DNA of 64,000 nucleotides from Paramoeba atlantica (lineage: Eukaryota > Protista > Discosea), in NCBI GenBank assembly GCA_977017575.1, contig CDRNVI010000016.1, forward strand, positions 124,001-188,000, in the 5' to 3' direction. The translations under genes were made by a program, and so were the position numbers. Shown in pieces: positions 21,267 through 33,023 of this stretch (within the stretch, counting starts at the first letter, position 1; the number at the start of each line of letters is the position of its first letter). The notes under the pieces were generated by a model. That model searched no databases, was not told the DNA's origin, and worked only from the letters and a program-made list of their open reading frames with translations.

Positions 21267-21992
21267 ATGCCAACGACTAGTCCGTTGACTCGTTATTTTT
21301 GTGAGCGACGAGGTCACACTATTTTTCCTTTGCAACGAACTGGAACACATTCAACGAAGCGTACGGTAAAATATCAACGCAATCCGAGGGCGGGGCAGAA
21401 TGCGAACTACAGCGACATACGAGAAGCTTATGGAAAGTGGATTTTCTTTGCGTCTGCGGAAGGTGACACAGAAAGTGACAGTAAAATACGTATTGCTCTG
21501 GACCGATTTATAGAAAAACTAGGAACACCTCGAAGAAAGGCACGTACCGTCGAAACTTATGAGGCGCTTCAACAACTCGGCGAAGAACTGCACTATTCCT
21601 TTAGGATGACATGTTGGTTAATTACACTGTTCTCCACGATTCCAATATTTTATTATCTATGGAAACATAACGTTTCGGTCAGAGACTTGTGCCCTGTAGA
21701 GGGTGGCTACTTTGACCGAATACCGAACCTTGCGTACACCACCTCAACTACTATACTAAATCTGACAGAGAGTTCTTTTTGCAAGAGAATTATTCAGCTT
21801 CTTTTATTTTTAGCATGGGTGGAGCTGTCGAATAGGGGACGGTATCGCTTCTACATTCATATCCTATCAAGACTTTGGAGGCGAAACAACTGGGTAGGGG
21901 GAGTGAAACCGAGTCTATTATGCCGGTTCGATGATCGGATGGATTATCTTTTAGGACGGACACCGCGAAATAGGAAATGTACACTCCTTTGA
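21267..21992 (+). CDS. hypothetical protein, possibly membrane-associated
   Basis: ORF 21147-21992 with first in-frame ATG at 21267, two hydrophobic stretches, on the same strand as the gene cluster. Confidence 0.5.
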   Translation: MPTTSPLTRYFCERRGHTIFPLQRTGTHSTKRTVKYQRNPRAGQNANYSDIREAYGKWIFFASAEGDTESDSKIRIALDRFIEKLGTPRRKARTVETYEALQQLGEELHYSFRMTCWLITLFSTIPIFYYLWKHNVSVRDLCPVEGGYFDRIPNLAYTTSTTILNLTESSFCKRIIQLLLFLAWVELSNRGRYRFYIHILSRLWRRNNWVGGVKPSLLCRFDDRMDYLLGRTPRNRKCTLL

Positions 21993-22736
21993 AGACGCGA
22001 CTCACTGATTTCAGTCCACATTGTGCGGACATCGAAGAGCCCGTACAACACTTTCTTGTAAGTTTCTTTAGCGCACTTTCTTGGAAACTGTGCTACAAGC
22101 CAACCCAGTTCCTCTTTTTTGACCCCCCCCCCCTCCCCATAAATGTTTTCTTAATTTCCGTAGCCCCCCAGTAGAGGAGGTTGGACCTTTTAACGGTTGA
22201 ATCCCTGTAAGTGTGTTCCTGAGTAGGCTGCGCGGGAGGGGGTGACCTAGCGTGCGGGGATGACTGAACAGGCGGGGATGGCTAGGCGAGCGGTGGTGTG
22301 CAATACAAATGAAAAAAGAATTCAGGAGGCACACAAAAATTTTCAAAAAGAAAACTTTTTTTCACTTATTTTTCATTGATCTTTCCTCTCCCAAAAAGAA
22401 AAAGAAATATTGTTTGCGCAATTTCACGCTCTTTGCCGATCTGTAGTATTGGCTTGGGTTTTCCCCTTAGTTACGGACTCTGTGACGAAAATACCTCGTT
22501 GGATCAATGGGAGAGTACGGAGCGCTTCCTTGAAGAAGCTCAATAGATTTTTTTCCCAATGTGAAGCATATGCCCAAATTCCCGTTTTCTATGAGTTTCA
22601 GAGAAATAGGTGCGATCGATCCTAAAGAAGGGCTTTCTTTATGTGTTTTTCGTTCATTGTTGCGCTGATCGTAGACTGAAATGGACCTCGTAGAACTGAA
22701 AATACGGGTAGAAGAAAATAAGGAAATAATAAATGG

Positions 22737-23015
22737 CAATAAGGGTGGCCATCCAGAAGGGCAATTCCCAGATTATTCAGGCGGCGGTACAAGATTGGTA
22801 CCGTCGCGGTGTTAAGGGGCCTAGGGGGGGGCACACCTATTGGAAAGAATGATCCGGGAACGAAACCATCAAGCTCCCACTTGCACCCGCCACAAGGAGG
22901 CGGGGTTGCATGCGAATGACCCGTCGGGTGTTTTCGACATTTGGTGGTGGCCATGAGGGTAGTCATCCGAAGCGGCAATGCGCAGATGATTCAGGCCGTA
23001 GAACTAGGGTGGTGG
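22737..23015 (+). mobile_element. two short 3'-end fragments of the CRE3 retrotransposon family
   Basis: 22737-22830 encodes MAIRVAIQKGNSQIIQAAVQDWYRRGV, nearly identical to the end of 52076-52480. A more diverged copy (VAMRVVIRSGNAQMIQAV) lies near 22945-23015. Confidence 0.7.
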
Positions 23016-23268
23016 CCTAGCGGAGTCCTGGTATCTGCGTCTAGAGGTTATCGAAAAATAAAGAAAGAGTAAACTAAAAAGAATACTGTGCCCCACTTTT
23101 ATATACCCCCGTCAGCCCCCCCCCCCCCTTAATCGAGACAAAGATAATTTGATTATTCATTTGATTCTCAACAGAAGAATAGTTTTTTCGTATTTTTTCT
23201 CTAGTTAGCGTTTTCGTGACCTACATGAATAATATCTGGAACAATGTATATAAGTTGTGAAAACGTGC

Positions 23269-25371
23269 ATGCGGCAAATTATTACATTCATGAGAAAGTT
23301 AGCGTCCGGACTAACCTTTTCTCCTTGCACTACGCATACTCAAAATCGTCGGTATTACGCTTCCGATGATAGCGAAGAAGGCCAACTACGTGGAGAACGT
23401 AATTCATTGATATATTTACAACGTTATGTCGAGAGGAGCGTGAAGAGCATTTGCTTGCTTCGTCTAAATTACGAAAAAAAACTAGACGACGAAGAGAAGC
23501 ATACCGATAGATTGCTGAGCACATTTCCCACATATTTCGAGAAAATTTATATTCGAAAGTCGTACCTATTCGTGAGGAACTGCATAAGCCCATTGCTCCA
23601 ATTCTCTTTTGATGTTTCTTCGACGAGGTCGAAACAAAACATGTCGCATAATTTTGTTCTAGTTAGATCGGTTTTATCGGTCAAATCACTTGTCGACATC
23701 TTGGAATCGTTCTCCTACTTCTATTCTAAGGGCGTCTACTATGATTCGGATGCGTTGAAACACCTTGTTGAAACGCAAAAAGAAAGCAATTCGAAAACAT
23801 TTTACCTTCAAATTCCCACGTTGCAGACACCATCTTTTCAAGCTCTTATAGCCATCTTCGCTTTTTATGTGGAAACAGAGCTCGAAAAATTGCGATTAGA
23901 CTATGTAGCTCACGTACGTATTTTGCACGCCTTTGCAAAGCTTCAAGTCTCTTCCGACCAGCGAATAATGCACATCCTATTACAAAGAAGTTTGTCACCC
24001 TTCTTTGACGCAACGCCAACGGAGGACTATCGAGCCTATTTGAAGTATATTCCTTTTATATTGTCTTCCATGGAAACTGTTTCTTTGTATCACCAGAAGG
24101 CTTGCACCCTCTTCCCTCACATCCTGAGCCAATCGAATACGGAGAATAAAATGACAACTGCCGAAATTGCCTCTTGCCTCACTTCGTTCTATAAGCTCCG
24201 CGTTTTCCACGAAGGAATTGGCAGTACTCTTTTACATCTTGCTCGTCGTTCGGATGCCGAAAAAGAGCAAACGAGTGAAAGCCGACTACAAGCAAATACG
24301 GTTGACTTTACCTTTTCCGGTATTTTTCTGCATTGGAACGCTTTAGACTTTGTTCTTGACGTCCTTGAAAAGTATGCCGGACACAAAACGCTCATGCCTC
24401 GCAGATGCTTTATTGAAATCATGTTCCGTGTGTTGCTTGGGATTGAAACCCTGCAGCCGAAGTCACTGGTAAAAATATACCGACTCTTGTCGTTCAGAGA
24501 CGAAGCGAGTTTGCTTCATCCACGCAAGTCCAAGGAAGGGACGAAAAACAGCTGCGGGGAACAGCAGGAAACTGAACGAAGCAATGTAAATAAAAATGAC
24601 AATCCCGGGAAGTTAAATAGACATGACCTTTTGGATGAAGCACTGCGGTTGTGCAATGTTAGATTCATGAAACAAATTTCAAAGCTATCGTTGAACGATA
24701 TTGTTCGGGTGCTTCGCTCGCTGTGTGCTGAGGGTATGGGAATCGAGACACCAGCGATGGCGGAGGTCATTGTGTGCCATATTAAGAGATGTTACGGTAT
24801 GCGGGAAATAGACAAGAAGAGCACGCTGCCGAGACATTTGCCTACGAATCAACTAAGTTGTACGGAGTCATGGAAACCGAACATTGTGGAGAATAGTTCC
24901 GAGCCTTGTAGCTTGATAGCAGCTGCACGAACGCCGTTCCTCGTGTCATCAAAACGCGTGGAAGAAGAGATCAGCGCCGAGCTTCTCAGTTTAATGCCCA
25001 GAATAGAATTTAGGCTTCAACAACTTTCCGCGATTCGAACCGAAAAACCACTAGCTGAAGCTTCCCTGCTTTGTGGCATTGCACGTAGTATTCTTCCAAA
25101 AGCGCTGCGGGGTGAGATGAGTTGGGAGACCGTACTAAAGCTGCGACGCGCATTTGCAGACTTCCCTGCCCTTGCCGAAGGCGTTCCGAAACTGTGGAAT
25201 CTGGTGAGGCGTGAGGCACCTGGCCGTATTCGTAGAAAAACACGGAAACTCTACCGAACGCAGATGGGGACGGGGAAAAGTTCATGCTTAGCTCAGGAGC
25301 TTTTGCCTCGGTCAGAATACGGAAAACGGAAGGCGGCAGCAGGTAAGGTATCCGCACGGATTTCGGGCTAG
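23269..25371 (+). CDS. hypothetical helical-repeat protein, possibly mitochondrial RNA-binding (RAP/FASTK-like)
   Basis: ~700-codon ORF. Segments such as ILHAFAKLQV, IASCLTSFYKL and LSLNDIVRVLRSL resemble helical RNA-binding repeats. Family assignment is weak. Confidence 0.6.
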   Translation: MRQIITFMRKLASGLTFSPCTTHTQNRRYYASDDSEEGQLRGERNSLIYLQRYVERSVKSICLLRLNYEKKLDDEEKHTDRLLSTFPTYFEKIYIRKSYLFVRNCISPLLQFSFDVSSTRSKQNMSHNFVLVRSVLSVKSLVDILESFSYFYSKGVYYDSDALKHLVETQKESNSKTFYLQIPTLQTPSFQALIAIFAFYVETELEKLRLDYVAHVRILHAFAKLQVSSDQRIMHILLQRSLSPFFDATPTEDYRAYLKYIPFILSSMETVSLYHQKACTLFPHILSQSNTENKMTTAEIASCLTSFYKLRVFHEGIGSTLLHLARRSDAEKEQTSESRLQANTVDFTFSGIFLHWNALDFVLDVLEKYAGHKTLMPRRCFIEIMFRVLLGIETLQPKSLVKIYRLLSFRDEASLLHPRKSKEGTKNSCGEQQETERSNVNKNDNPGKLNRHDLLDEALRLCNVRFMKQISKLSLNDIVRVLRSLCAEGMGIETPAMAEVIVCHIKRCYGMREIDKKSTLPRHLPTNQLSCTESWKPNIVENSSEPCSLIAAARTPFLVSSKRVEEEISAELLSLMPRIEFRLQQLSAIRTEKPLAEASLLCGIARSILPKALRGEMSWETVLKLRRAFADFPALAEGVPKLWNLVRREAPGRIRRKTRKLYRTQMGTGKSSCLAQELLPRSEYGKRKAAAGKVSARISG

Positions 25372-25505
25372 TTCTGCCCCGTTTCTGGTAGTTATTTATC
25401 CATTACGTCAATTATAGTACTCACGCAACGATTTTTTGATTTGAACGATTTACAACAGACGCATTATTCGTAAACTTTTTGTTTTCTCTAAATAGTATTT
25501 CAGTA

Positions 25506-27521
25506 ATGCAGTCCTATGCCGGCAGCATACGGGTATTTATTAAAGACATCCCCAAAGGCACGACGTTTCACGAATTGCGCGAGCTTCTGCGGGAGGGAAC
25601 AGTGGGTACGCGGGAAATCATCTTAAGTGAAGCCAACGACTCGGACTTATTTGTGTACGCGTTGGTGCGGTACGAAAGCTGGGAGTGCGCAACGGATGCC
25701 GTGCGACGAAATTTAACCCTCCACGGATCAACGTTAAAGGTTTGTGTAATCGACGATCCTCGATCACATGCGATGAGGTTTAAGGGGAAGTTGACTCCTA
25801 ATCCAGAGCTGTCGTACTCGCGGACCGTATGCGTCGATGGCACCGGTGTGGAGAAAGAGGATCTCGCCCATACCATGGGGCTACAGGAGGCACTTCGAGG
25901 GTACGCCCCGTTTGTTTGGTGTGAGTACACACTGCAGCATCACGATTGTCCGTTCGGCACGCGATGTCGTTTTCTTCACTTGAGGGAACATCAGCGCACG
26001 GTGCATTCACACGAAAGTGCGAATAAGGGGCACCGGATTCTTCTTTTACCCAAGATAGCGCACAAGCACGTCCACGTCCTGAGGGACGGAATTCTCCAGA
26101 AAGAAAAATTGGATGATGAGGACGTTGCCAGAGTTTCACCGCCTGAAACAGAGAATTCTGTATTGAGTCGAGACGATACAGTTCCATTCACCATTTGCAG
26201 GTGTTCGGATAACAACCCTTCGAGCCTCTTCGACGGCAACCTTGTCATGTTGGCCCAACGCATGAACACCTTTGTGTTGGAACACTACCGAAACACCCCG
26301 CACGAGTCTTCCCCCGCGTTGGCGGATCTCATCACGCATGCACCCAAAAACGAGAAATGGAACCTTATGTTTCAGTTCCTTATCACGCAAGCCCTCGCGC
26401 ACGACCCCCCGTGGCAACCGTGCACCACCTGCACCCCCCGTACCCCTCCCCCGCCCCCCTCCCCCGTCCCCCCCGGTCGTATCGCCCCCCACCACACCTA
26501 CACCCTCCACGCCCACCTGGCGGTTAACGACGCCGGATCCCCCTGCGGGGTTCACTCCTGGACCCTGGAGCCGTTCTACCCCTTTGTGTGTTACGCTACG
26601 CACTCGACTTCGAAGGGCTCTACTCCTACTTCTTATGCGGACTCTTCTCGAGTCCACAGCCCCCCTCTCCCGGTGGTATGTGACCTCCTGATTCCCTACG
26701 CCCGGGAACGGGTCCAGGAGCTGCTGGAGGCCTCGTGGGTCCCCCATGGGAGTCTCGGGACGACGACGACCCCTTCCCTCTCCCTGTGTCTCGGGATCGA
26801 GGAGAGGACACGGGAGGGGGAGGGGGAGGGGGAGGGGGAGGGGGAAAAGACAAAGGCAATGGCAGAGGAAAGGGCAGAGGAAAAGACAATGGCAGAGGAA
26901 AAGACAAAGGCAGAGGAAGTGGCAGAGGAAAAGACAAAGGCAGAGGAAAAGGCAGAGGAAAAGGCAGAGGAAAAGGCAATGGCAGAGGAAAAGACGAAGA
27001 CAAGGGCAGAGGTAAAGACAAAGGCAGAGGAAAAGGCAATGGCAGAGGAAAAGGCAATGGCAGAGGAAATGGCAGAGGAAATGGCAGAGGAAAAGGCAAT
27101 GGCAGAGGAAAAGACGAAGACAAGGGCAGAGGTAAAGACAAAGGCAGAGGAAAAGGCAATGGCAGAGGAAAAGGCAAAGGAAAAGGCAATGGCAAAGAAA
27201 AAGACAATAGCAGAGGAAAAGGCAATGGCAGAGGAAAATGCAATGGCAGAGGAAAAGACGAAGACGAAGACAACGACAACGGCCTACGTGACGCACTTGT
27301 TTGCGATCGCGTGGGGGAACACGGGGGTGGGGTCGTCATGGGGCTCACGGGACGCTCATGGGGACCACACCTCGGACGCTCTCCCTTTCCCGTGGATGGC
27401 GCCCCACGTGTATGATAATGTCACGGTGTATACGGTGGAGAGGGTGCCGTCGTGTGGGGAGATGGCACGACGGGCCCCGGCACGGTGGGTGGGGTTTGTG
27501 AGGGAATATGGGGGGTTGTAA
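25506..27521 (+). CDS. RNA-binding protein: N-terminal RRM, CCCH zinc finger and AEEK repeat region
   Basis: RVFIKDIP (RNP2) and YALVRY (RNP1-like); [20 protein letters not shown] is C-x8-C-x5-C-x3-H. Confidence 0.8.
   Translation: MQSYAGSIRVFIKDIPKGTTFHELRELLREGTVGTREIILSEANDSDLFVYALVRYESWECATDAVRRNLTLHGSTLKVCVIDDPRSHAMRFKGKLTPNPELSYSRTVCVDGTGVEKEDLAHTMGLQEALRGYAPFVWCEYTLQHHDCPFGTRCRFLHLREHQRTVHSHESANKGHRILLLPKIAHKHVHVLRDGILQKEKLDDEDVARVSPPETENSVLSRDDTVPFTICRCSDNNPSSLFDGNLVMLAQRMNTFVLEHYRNTPHESSPALADLITHAPKNEKWNLMFQFLITQALAHDPPWQPCTTCTPRTPPPPPSPVPPGRIAPHHTYTLHAHLAVNDAGSPCGVHSWTLEPFYPFVCYATHSTSKGSTPTSYADSSRVHSPPLPVVCDLLIPYARERVQELLEASWVPHGSLGTTTTPSLSLCLGIEERTREGEGEGEGEGEKTKAMAEERAEEKTMAEEKTKAEEVAEEKTKAEEKAEEKAEEKAMAEEKTKTRAEVKTKAEEKAMAEEKAMAEEMAEEMAEEKAMAEEKTKTRAEVKTKAEEKAMAEEKAKEKAMAKKKTIAEEKAMAEENAMAEEKTKTKTTTTAYVTHLFAIAWGNTGVGSSWGSRDAHGDHTSDALPFPWMAPHVYDNVTVYTVERVPSCGEMARRAPARWVGFVREYGGL
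26850..27270 (+). repeat. coding tandem repeat (GCAGAGGAAAAG-based, encoding [12 protein letters not shown])
   Basis: Purine-rich array with a 120-bp higher-order duplication (units near 26970 and 27090). Confidence 0.9.
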
Positions 27522-28623
27522 CATATGGGAATATGGGGGGTGTAGGGTAGTACTGTGACCCCCTACCCCCTTTATACTTTGCTGGTCATCATCATCATCA
27601 TCATACTTTGCTGGTCAGAGCCAGTAGTAACCAAGTAAATGGCGAAGTATAGAGGGAGGGGGTCACAGTATACGAATAGAAATAGCGTGCGGTGAATAAC
27701 GATAATAGGCTCCCCCCGTTCTTGAGGTTTGAATCCGGCGATTACGGGAGAGGCTGGAGAGGCTTCGAGGGGTAGGGAGTACCATGGCGGCATGGATCCC
27801 TTTTTGGAGTGAGGTTTATTCAATACAGAATCATATTTAGATCTGCAGAGGTAAATTTCTACCTATGCTACGGTCGCATACGTTTTTTCAGTGCACCTCT
27901 TTTGTAGAAAAAAGGGTTTTATGGCGTTCTCATGTAAGGCACCCTGTAGTGTTTGAAGTTTTCGTGTAAATGGGGGTCCACGGTGAGGGGGTGAATAGCG
28001 CCGTCGAAGTGGTGTGGAGGAAAGGCTCCGGTGCGAAGGCGTATCGGAATGCGAGGCTGTTCCTCAGAAACAGGAGGCTCGTACTCTGGCCGTTGGAATT
28101 CTGGAAGTGAAGAAGACGGAAGCGAAGGGTTCTGTGACCTCTCATTGGGTCAGCATTCAATGACCTTGATGCCGTTTCACGTCGTACCCTTTTAACATAT
28201 GCTTTAAAGTTTTGAGCATTGTACAGTAGACCCCCAGTAGGAGAGATTTCGCTCGGGGGTGGGGGTAGCAGGCTGGGGAGGCTAGGCGGGTGTGAGTGGG
28301 GATTAGGCGGGACTGGGGGTGTCCGGGTAGTCGGGGAGTGGCTCTGCTAGGCTGTACTTATAGAAAGGGACGATTGTAATGTACCGTATATCCCTCCCCC
28401 GCTATCGGAGATTTCGCTCGGGGAGGGGGGAGGCTGAGAGGACGGCGGTGGCTGGACAGGTGAGGATGGCTCGGCGGGGTGAGGGTACTTGAGAGAGTCT
28501 ACATCATTTTGGAAAGTACGTACCTTGTAGCGTAGAAAGTGAGTTGGACTTGTAGGTTCTGTAGGGGGAGATAGAGTAGGAGATTCTACGTGCGTAGGTT
28601 TCAATCCACAGTGTTTGCACGTC

Positions 28624-31275
28624 ATGCTCATTCTTGTTATTCATTGGTTTGTTATATTGTTTTATGCTTCCTTCATGGACGTGAACGCATTTCACAAGTT
28701 AGAGGCGGAGGTTAAATCACAGATGCGGTTAATTTTCGACTGCACTCGAGATGCGCTTGCGGCGATCCAGCGCCTTGCAAAGGCGACAGAAAAGCGGCAG
28801 CCTTCTACATCAGACTCCACAAGGCTCATTGAGTTGCCGGAAGAAATGATCGCTGAGAGGGAGTCCGTACGTAAAGTGTCCACGCTTCACTTTTTAGCTA
28901 TCCGGGAGCAACTTTTTAGTGTAATGTTTGTGAATTTTCAGAAATCTATGAATGAAAGCTTTAACACCTATTTGGAAGCTACGGAGAGTTTGAAAACAAT
29001 TCCGTCTAAAAATGAGGATCCAAGCGTTGCACAAAGGCGTGCTTACTGCGAGGATACCCTTATCAACTTTCATCGGCATCGTGCCGTTCTGCTTTGTCAG
29101 CATTTTGGGAAATTACATCCTGTTGTGATCTTGCTTCCCTTTCGAAGACGTACGAGAGGTTCACCTGAAGGGGACTCTGTTCACGTTGTAAACACCGACG
29201 AGAGTCCGCATAGCCTAACAGACTCTGTAAAATCGTACGAGAAGATTGCCGCGCGTTTTCTAGAAATGGGTGCCATAGTTACCGCAGTGACGTCTACGGC
29301 TATGCCCTGCATACGGCTGCGAGATTTAGACTACAATCGGTTGTGCCAAAAAGCGGAAGCGAACGAGCCGTCCACCGCTCATTCCACGCTTTCTGCGAGC
29401 TCCTGGCACCCCAGTTGTAATATTCTTGTAGACAGTGTGTGGGCGGAGGAATGTTTACAAAAAAACACGCTGCTGGAGCTCGACACTCAGCGGTACCATA
29501 TCCAACGCTGTGAGTCTCAGATCACTTCTTCTCCCAAACGAGACAATCCAACGGCAAGCTCTCCTCCCAAAGAAGAAGAGAAAAATGTTCCCGAAGAGTC
29601 ACTCGACACCGACCACCGAGAATGGGAATTGGAAGAAGCCGTTTTGCGTCTCGAACAGCAAATTGAGAACTTATCCACCCCGTGCGAAGCCCCGCAACAC
29701 GAAATGTCCGATTCCCACGATAGTACCCGTATTCCTCAAAACAAAAGACCACGTCTACGCTCCTTCCCGGTTTCCAAATCACACAGTACACGACCCCTTC
29801 CCCCCAAACCTTTAACAACGTTAAATCTTGATCTCCTTCCCCGATCCCTCCCCGAACCCCCTTCGTTCGAGGAGGACGTCTCATCCCGTATTGTTCTCAC
29901 CGCGATTGGGGAGTCCCAAGTCGTTCACTTTAACCATTACGAGAATACCCACCCTAACCCTAAAAAACAAGAACAAGAACACAATCTCGATGAGTTGGAT
30001 CGGACACCGATATCCCATCCAAGACAGTTAGATAAACAAGAAAAACAATATGATGTCGATGATTTGGAGCGTACATCCATAGTGAACAAGAACGACAATA
30101 AGGAAGAAAAACAACATGCCGATGACAATGTTGTGGGTACCTCCATGGGGAATGACAACCATAAAAAAGAAAAACAACTTATCGACGACCATGTTGCGGG
30201 TACATCCATAATGAATAACCGTAAAAAACAACAACACGCCGATGACAGTGTTGTGGATACGTCCACAATGAACCATAACGATAAAAACCAACAGCAGCAT
30301 GCTGACGACAGTGTTGTGGGTACATCCATAAAAAACAAACCACAAGAACAACCACAACCCCATGCCAACGACGTTGTTGTTAGTAAATCCACAATGAATA
30401 ACAACAGCAGCAACAACAGCAGCAATAACAGCAAACAGCATCTCCCCCCTCCCCCCGCCTTCCAGTTCACCTCCTCCTCCCCCCGCGGCTCTCTCCTCGA
30501 CATCATCGCCGCACTCCACGCAGCGTTCGATGTCAGCCCGCAGTACAGCGGCACCGCATCCCACCTGGTGGTACCCGACGACGAGAGGGGAGAAGTAAAT
30601 AAAAAGAATAGGAATCATAGGAATCATGAGTGTAAGAATACCCATGAAGGGACAGGACACGACAGGAGGGGACTCAAGGCTCGGGGAGGGCCGTACACGA
30701 GCCCCCGGGTCGACAAGCTGCTGGCGTTTGCCCTCGCCGGGAAGCCTGTGGTCACGGAGGGGTTCCTCTGGGCCGCTAAACGCGCGGGGGAGTGGGGAGA
30801 CCCCGAGACGTTTCGGTGGTTCGCAAAAGGAAGTTTAGCCGAGGCGGTACAAACCCACGGGGTTCGACTGTTTCGCGGGGCCCGGGTGGGGGTGCGGGGG
30901 GAGGGGGGTGGGGAGAACAGGACCGGGTTTCTAAAAACCCTGTGTAGGGAGGCGGGGGCGACGGCGGTGTGGGGATGCGGGGAGAAAGGGGTGGATTGGG
31001 CAGGGCTCACCCATGTGGTGTATGAACCGGAGGGGGAGGACGAGGAAGGTGCCAACAAGACGAGGATTACGATTCACACGGGACTGGAGTCTGAGGAGGA
31101 GAAGAAAAGGCTGAATGCGCAGGTGCAACGTGTTCCGCTTTCCTATGTCGCGAGTCTTCTCACCAAGCCGGTGCGACCCGATCGTGTGGAGGCTTGTGCA
31201 GCGGACCAGGGGGTGGGACCCATTTCGAAATTAGTGAATTTTACCCGTTTTCGGTCTCAAGTTTTGTTCAAATAG
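28624..31275 (+). CDS. BRCT-domain protein with one N-terminal and tandem C-terminal BRCTs (microcephalin-like layout)
   Basis: N-terminal FLEMGAIV...VDSVWAEECL; C-terminal ASHLVV, RVDKLLAFALAGKPVVTEGFL, LFRGARV and LKTLCREAGA. Start could also be the ATG at 28675. Confidence 0.72.
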   Translation: MLILVIHWFVILFYASFMDVNAFHKLEAEVKSQMRLIFDCTRDALAAIQRLAKATEKRQPSTSDSTRLIELPEEMIAERESVRKVSTLHFLAIREQLFSVMFVNFQKSMNESFNTYLEATESLKTIPSKNEDPSVAQRRAYCEDTLINFHRHRAVLLCQHFGKLHPVVILLPFRRRTRGSPEGDSVHVVNTDESPHSLTDSVKSYEKIAARFLEMGAIVTAVTSTAMPCIRLRDLDYNRLCQKAEANEPSTAHSTLSASSWHPSCNILVDSVWAEECLQKNTLLELDTQRYHIQRCESQITSSPKRDNPTASSPPKEEEKNVPEESLDTDHREWELEEAVLRLEQQIENLSTPCEAPQHEMSDSHDSTRIPQNKRPRLRSFPVSKSHSTRPLPPKPLTTLNLDLLPRSLPEPPSFEEDVSSRIVLTAIGESQVVHFNHYENTHPNPKKQEQEHNLDELDRTPISHPRQLDKQEKQYDVDDLERTSIVNKNDNKEEKQHADDNVVGTSMGNDNHKKEKQLIDDHVAGTSIMNNRKKQQHADDSVVDTSTMNHNDKNQQQHADDSVVGTSIKNKPQEQPQPHANDVVVSKSTMNNNSSNNSSNNSKQHLPPPPAFQFTSSSPRGSLLDIIAALHAAFDVSPQYSGTASHLVVPDDERGEVNKKNRNHRNHECKNTHEGTGHDRRGLKARGGPYTSPRVDKLLAFALAGKPVVTEGFLWAAKRAGEWGDPETFRWFAKGSLAEAVQTHGVRLFRGARVGVRGEGGGENRTGFLKTLCREAGATAVWGCGEKGVDWAGLTHVVYEPEGEDEEGANKTRITIHTGLESEEEKKRLNAQVQRVPLSYVASLLTKPVRPDRVEACAADQGVGPISKLVNFTRFRSQVLFK

Positions 31276-31567
31276 GGTTGAGCGGAGATTTCGATGGTGT
31301 AAATGGTTTTGTGTATTCAATGCATCGTGTTTGTTGGCTATGGGGGAGTGTGTGTGGGTGGCTCCTGAGAGTGATGACTTGCCTAGGAAAGCGATAGAGA
31401 GTTCAATTACTTTTCAATTACTTTTTTCAATTGCTTGAGAGAACTGTTTCTATTCGTGGTTAACAGACATTCGTACTACATTGACATTACCAGTTTTACT
31501 GTATCTTTGAGTACTAAACTTTAAGTACTAAATGCTCTTCGCCCTCCGATAACGAGCCGCATCGTCC

Positions 31568-32401
31568 ATGAGCGCGACGGATACGGATGCCATCAGTATT
31601 TCTCCCTCTTCTACGACGAATGAAGATGCGATTCCCCGAAAGCACGGCTTCACCCAACCATGGGAGTGGGCCCAGATCATTTCCTGGCTTCTTATTGTAC
31701 TCTCCTTCACCGCATGGTGGCCACTCTACGCGACACAGTGGGAGCTCAGGTCCTCCCTGATTCTATCCGCACTGTTCCTGATCCTATCGGGTATTACCAT
31801 TTCACTCTATTTTGCTGCGGGTTTGACCCAAACCGCAGACAAAGGACTGTTTTACGAGGTGCTCCTTGCGCCAACAAACACGATGGAAACTCAAGTACCC
31901 CCAGGAAAGATTTACTGCCCCTATTGTCTTGCATGGGTCTCCTCGAGCTGCAAACACTGTGCATGCTGTGACAAGTGCATTCGAGGGTTTGACCATCACT
32001 GCATGTGGCTCGGGACGTGTATTGGAGAGCGAAACTACCGAACCTTTATGGCATTAACTGTTTCTGCGTTACTTCTGGTCGCGACGCAAGTCACGGTGAG
32101 TTTGATTTTTATTGTACGCAGTTATCAGAATAACTTTGTATTAAGCGAAGGCTCCTGGATACGAAACGTAACGTTGTACCAAGTGTTTCTTTTTGTCCAT
32201 CTGATGATAGAAACGGTTTCTTTGTATGCATTAGGAAAGCTTACGTTGTTTCATATTTATTTAAAGGCGACGAATCATTCCACATATTCTTGGATCATGA
32301 ACCAGAGAGAAGCCCGGATAGATGAGAACGTTTACAGACGAAGGAGTACTGTTGGTATCGTAGAGAGATGTATGACGTCTTGTTACCGATGCTATGTGTA
32401 G
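31568..32401 (+). CDS. DHHC palmitoyltransferase (ZDHHC family)
   Basis: YCPYC...SCKHCACCDKCIRGFDHHCMWLGTCIGERNYRTF and four TM segments. Confidence 0.95.
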   Translation: MSATDTDAISISPSSTTNEDAIPRKHGFTQPWEWAQIISWLLIVLSFTAWWPLYATQWELRSSLILSALFLILSGITISLYFAAGLTQTADKGLFYEVLLAPTNTMETQVPPGKIYCPYCLAWVSSSCKHCACCDKCIRGFDHHCMWLGTCIGERNYRTFMALTVSALLLVATQVTVSLIFIVRSYQNNFVLSEGSWIRNVTLYQVFLFVHLMIETVSLYALGKLTLFHIYLKATNHSTYSWIMNQREARIDENVYRRRSTVGIVERCMTSCYRCYV

Positions 32402-32561
32402 AGTTCACGGACGTTGTACAACCTTTTTTGACCGTTGGTCTTCCAACGGTTCAAAGGCTTTTGGTTTAAGTCTTTAAATTGAATCGTGCTCATATTGTAG
32501 GTTGCATATTTATGTGCTGTATTTTTTTAAAAAAAACGGGAAGATGTAGAACGCAATTTGA

Positions 32562-32585
32562 CTATTTCTTTCGCATTTTGTTTAG
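32562..32585 (+). promoter_or_regulatory. putative trans-splice acceptor (polypyrimidine tract plus AG) for RPL28
   Basis: CTATTTCTTTCGCATTTTGTTTAG ends 36 nt before the ATG. Similar tracts precede 39621, 43520 and 54298. Confidence 0.4.
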
Positions 32586-32621
32586 AAATTATCGTAAATT
32601 TTTGAAGAATTATTCAAAAAT

Positions 32622-33023
32622 ATGCAAGACCCAACGATCGTGTGGAACATTGCCAGGAAACAATCCGCCTTTAAGGTAAAACGCAATGGAATCACTCGAT
32701 CCCAAGACTTGCTGAACGCCACCGGGCGATTCCTGCGCGATGATGGGCTGTTTGCCCCGGAAAAGTCACAACCAGTTAGTTTCGTGCGAGGCGTCGTGAA
32801 GGACGGAGACAAACGAAAGAACGTTCTTGTAATTTGCGAGCGCAGAAAGAATGGCACCTTGATAAAGACCCCGTCTTGCAAGACCAACGCGAAAAGTAAA
32901 CAAAAATCGGTGCAGAAACAGACAGGAAAAAACCGTTTCATTCACTACGCAGCGCTTAAGGCCTGGAAAGTGGTACGTAGTTTGGGTCGCATTGCGGCGA
33001 AGAAGTCCGAACAAAGCAATTAA
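32622..33023 (+). CDS. RPL28: 60S ribosomal protein L28 (eL28)
   Basis: IVWNIARKQSAFKVKRNG...QDLLNATG pattern and basic 133-aa size. Confidence 0.85.
   Translation: MQDPTIVWNIARKQSAFKVKRNGITRSQDLLNATGRFLRDDGLFAPEKSQPVSFVRGVVKDGDKRKNVLVICERRKNGTLIKTPSCKTNAKSKQKSVQKQTGKNRFIHYAALKAWKVVRSLGRIAAKKSEQSN

Noticed and set aside
26136-27415. Long alternative-frame ORFs (Cys/Leu-, Pro- and Gly/Lys-rich)
   Set aside because: By-products of the stop-free purine repeat inside the RRM/CCCH gene.
27726-27736. GGTTTGAATCC as a tRNA T-loop / B box
   Set aside because: Lacks the invariant TTC and no cloverleaf can be built. No tRNA or rRNA genes were recognised in the window.
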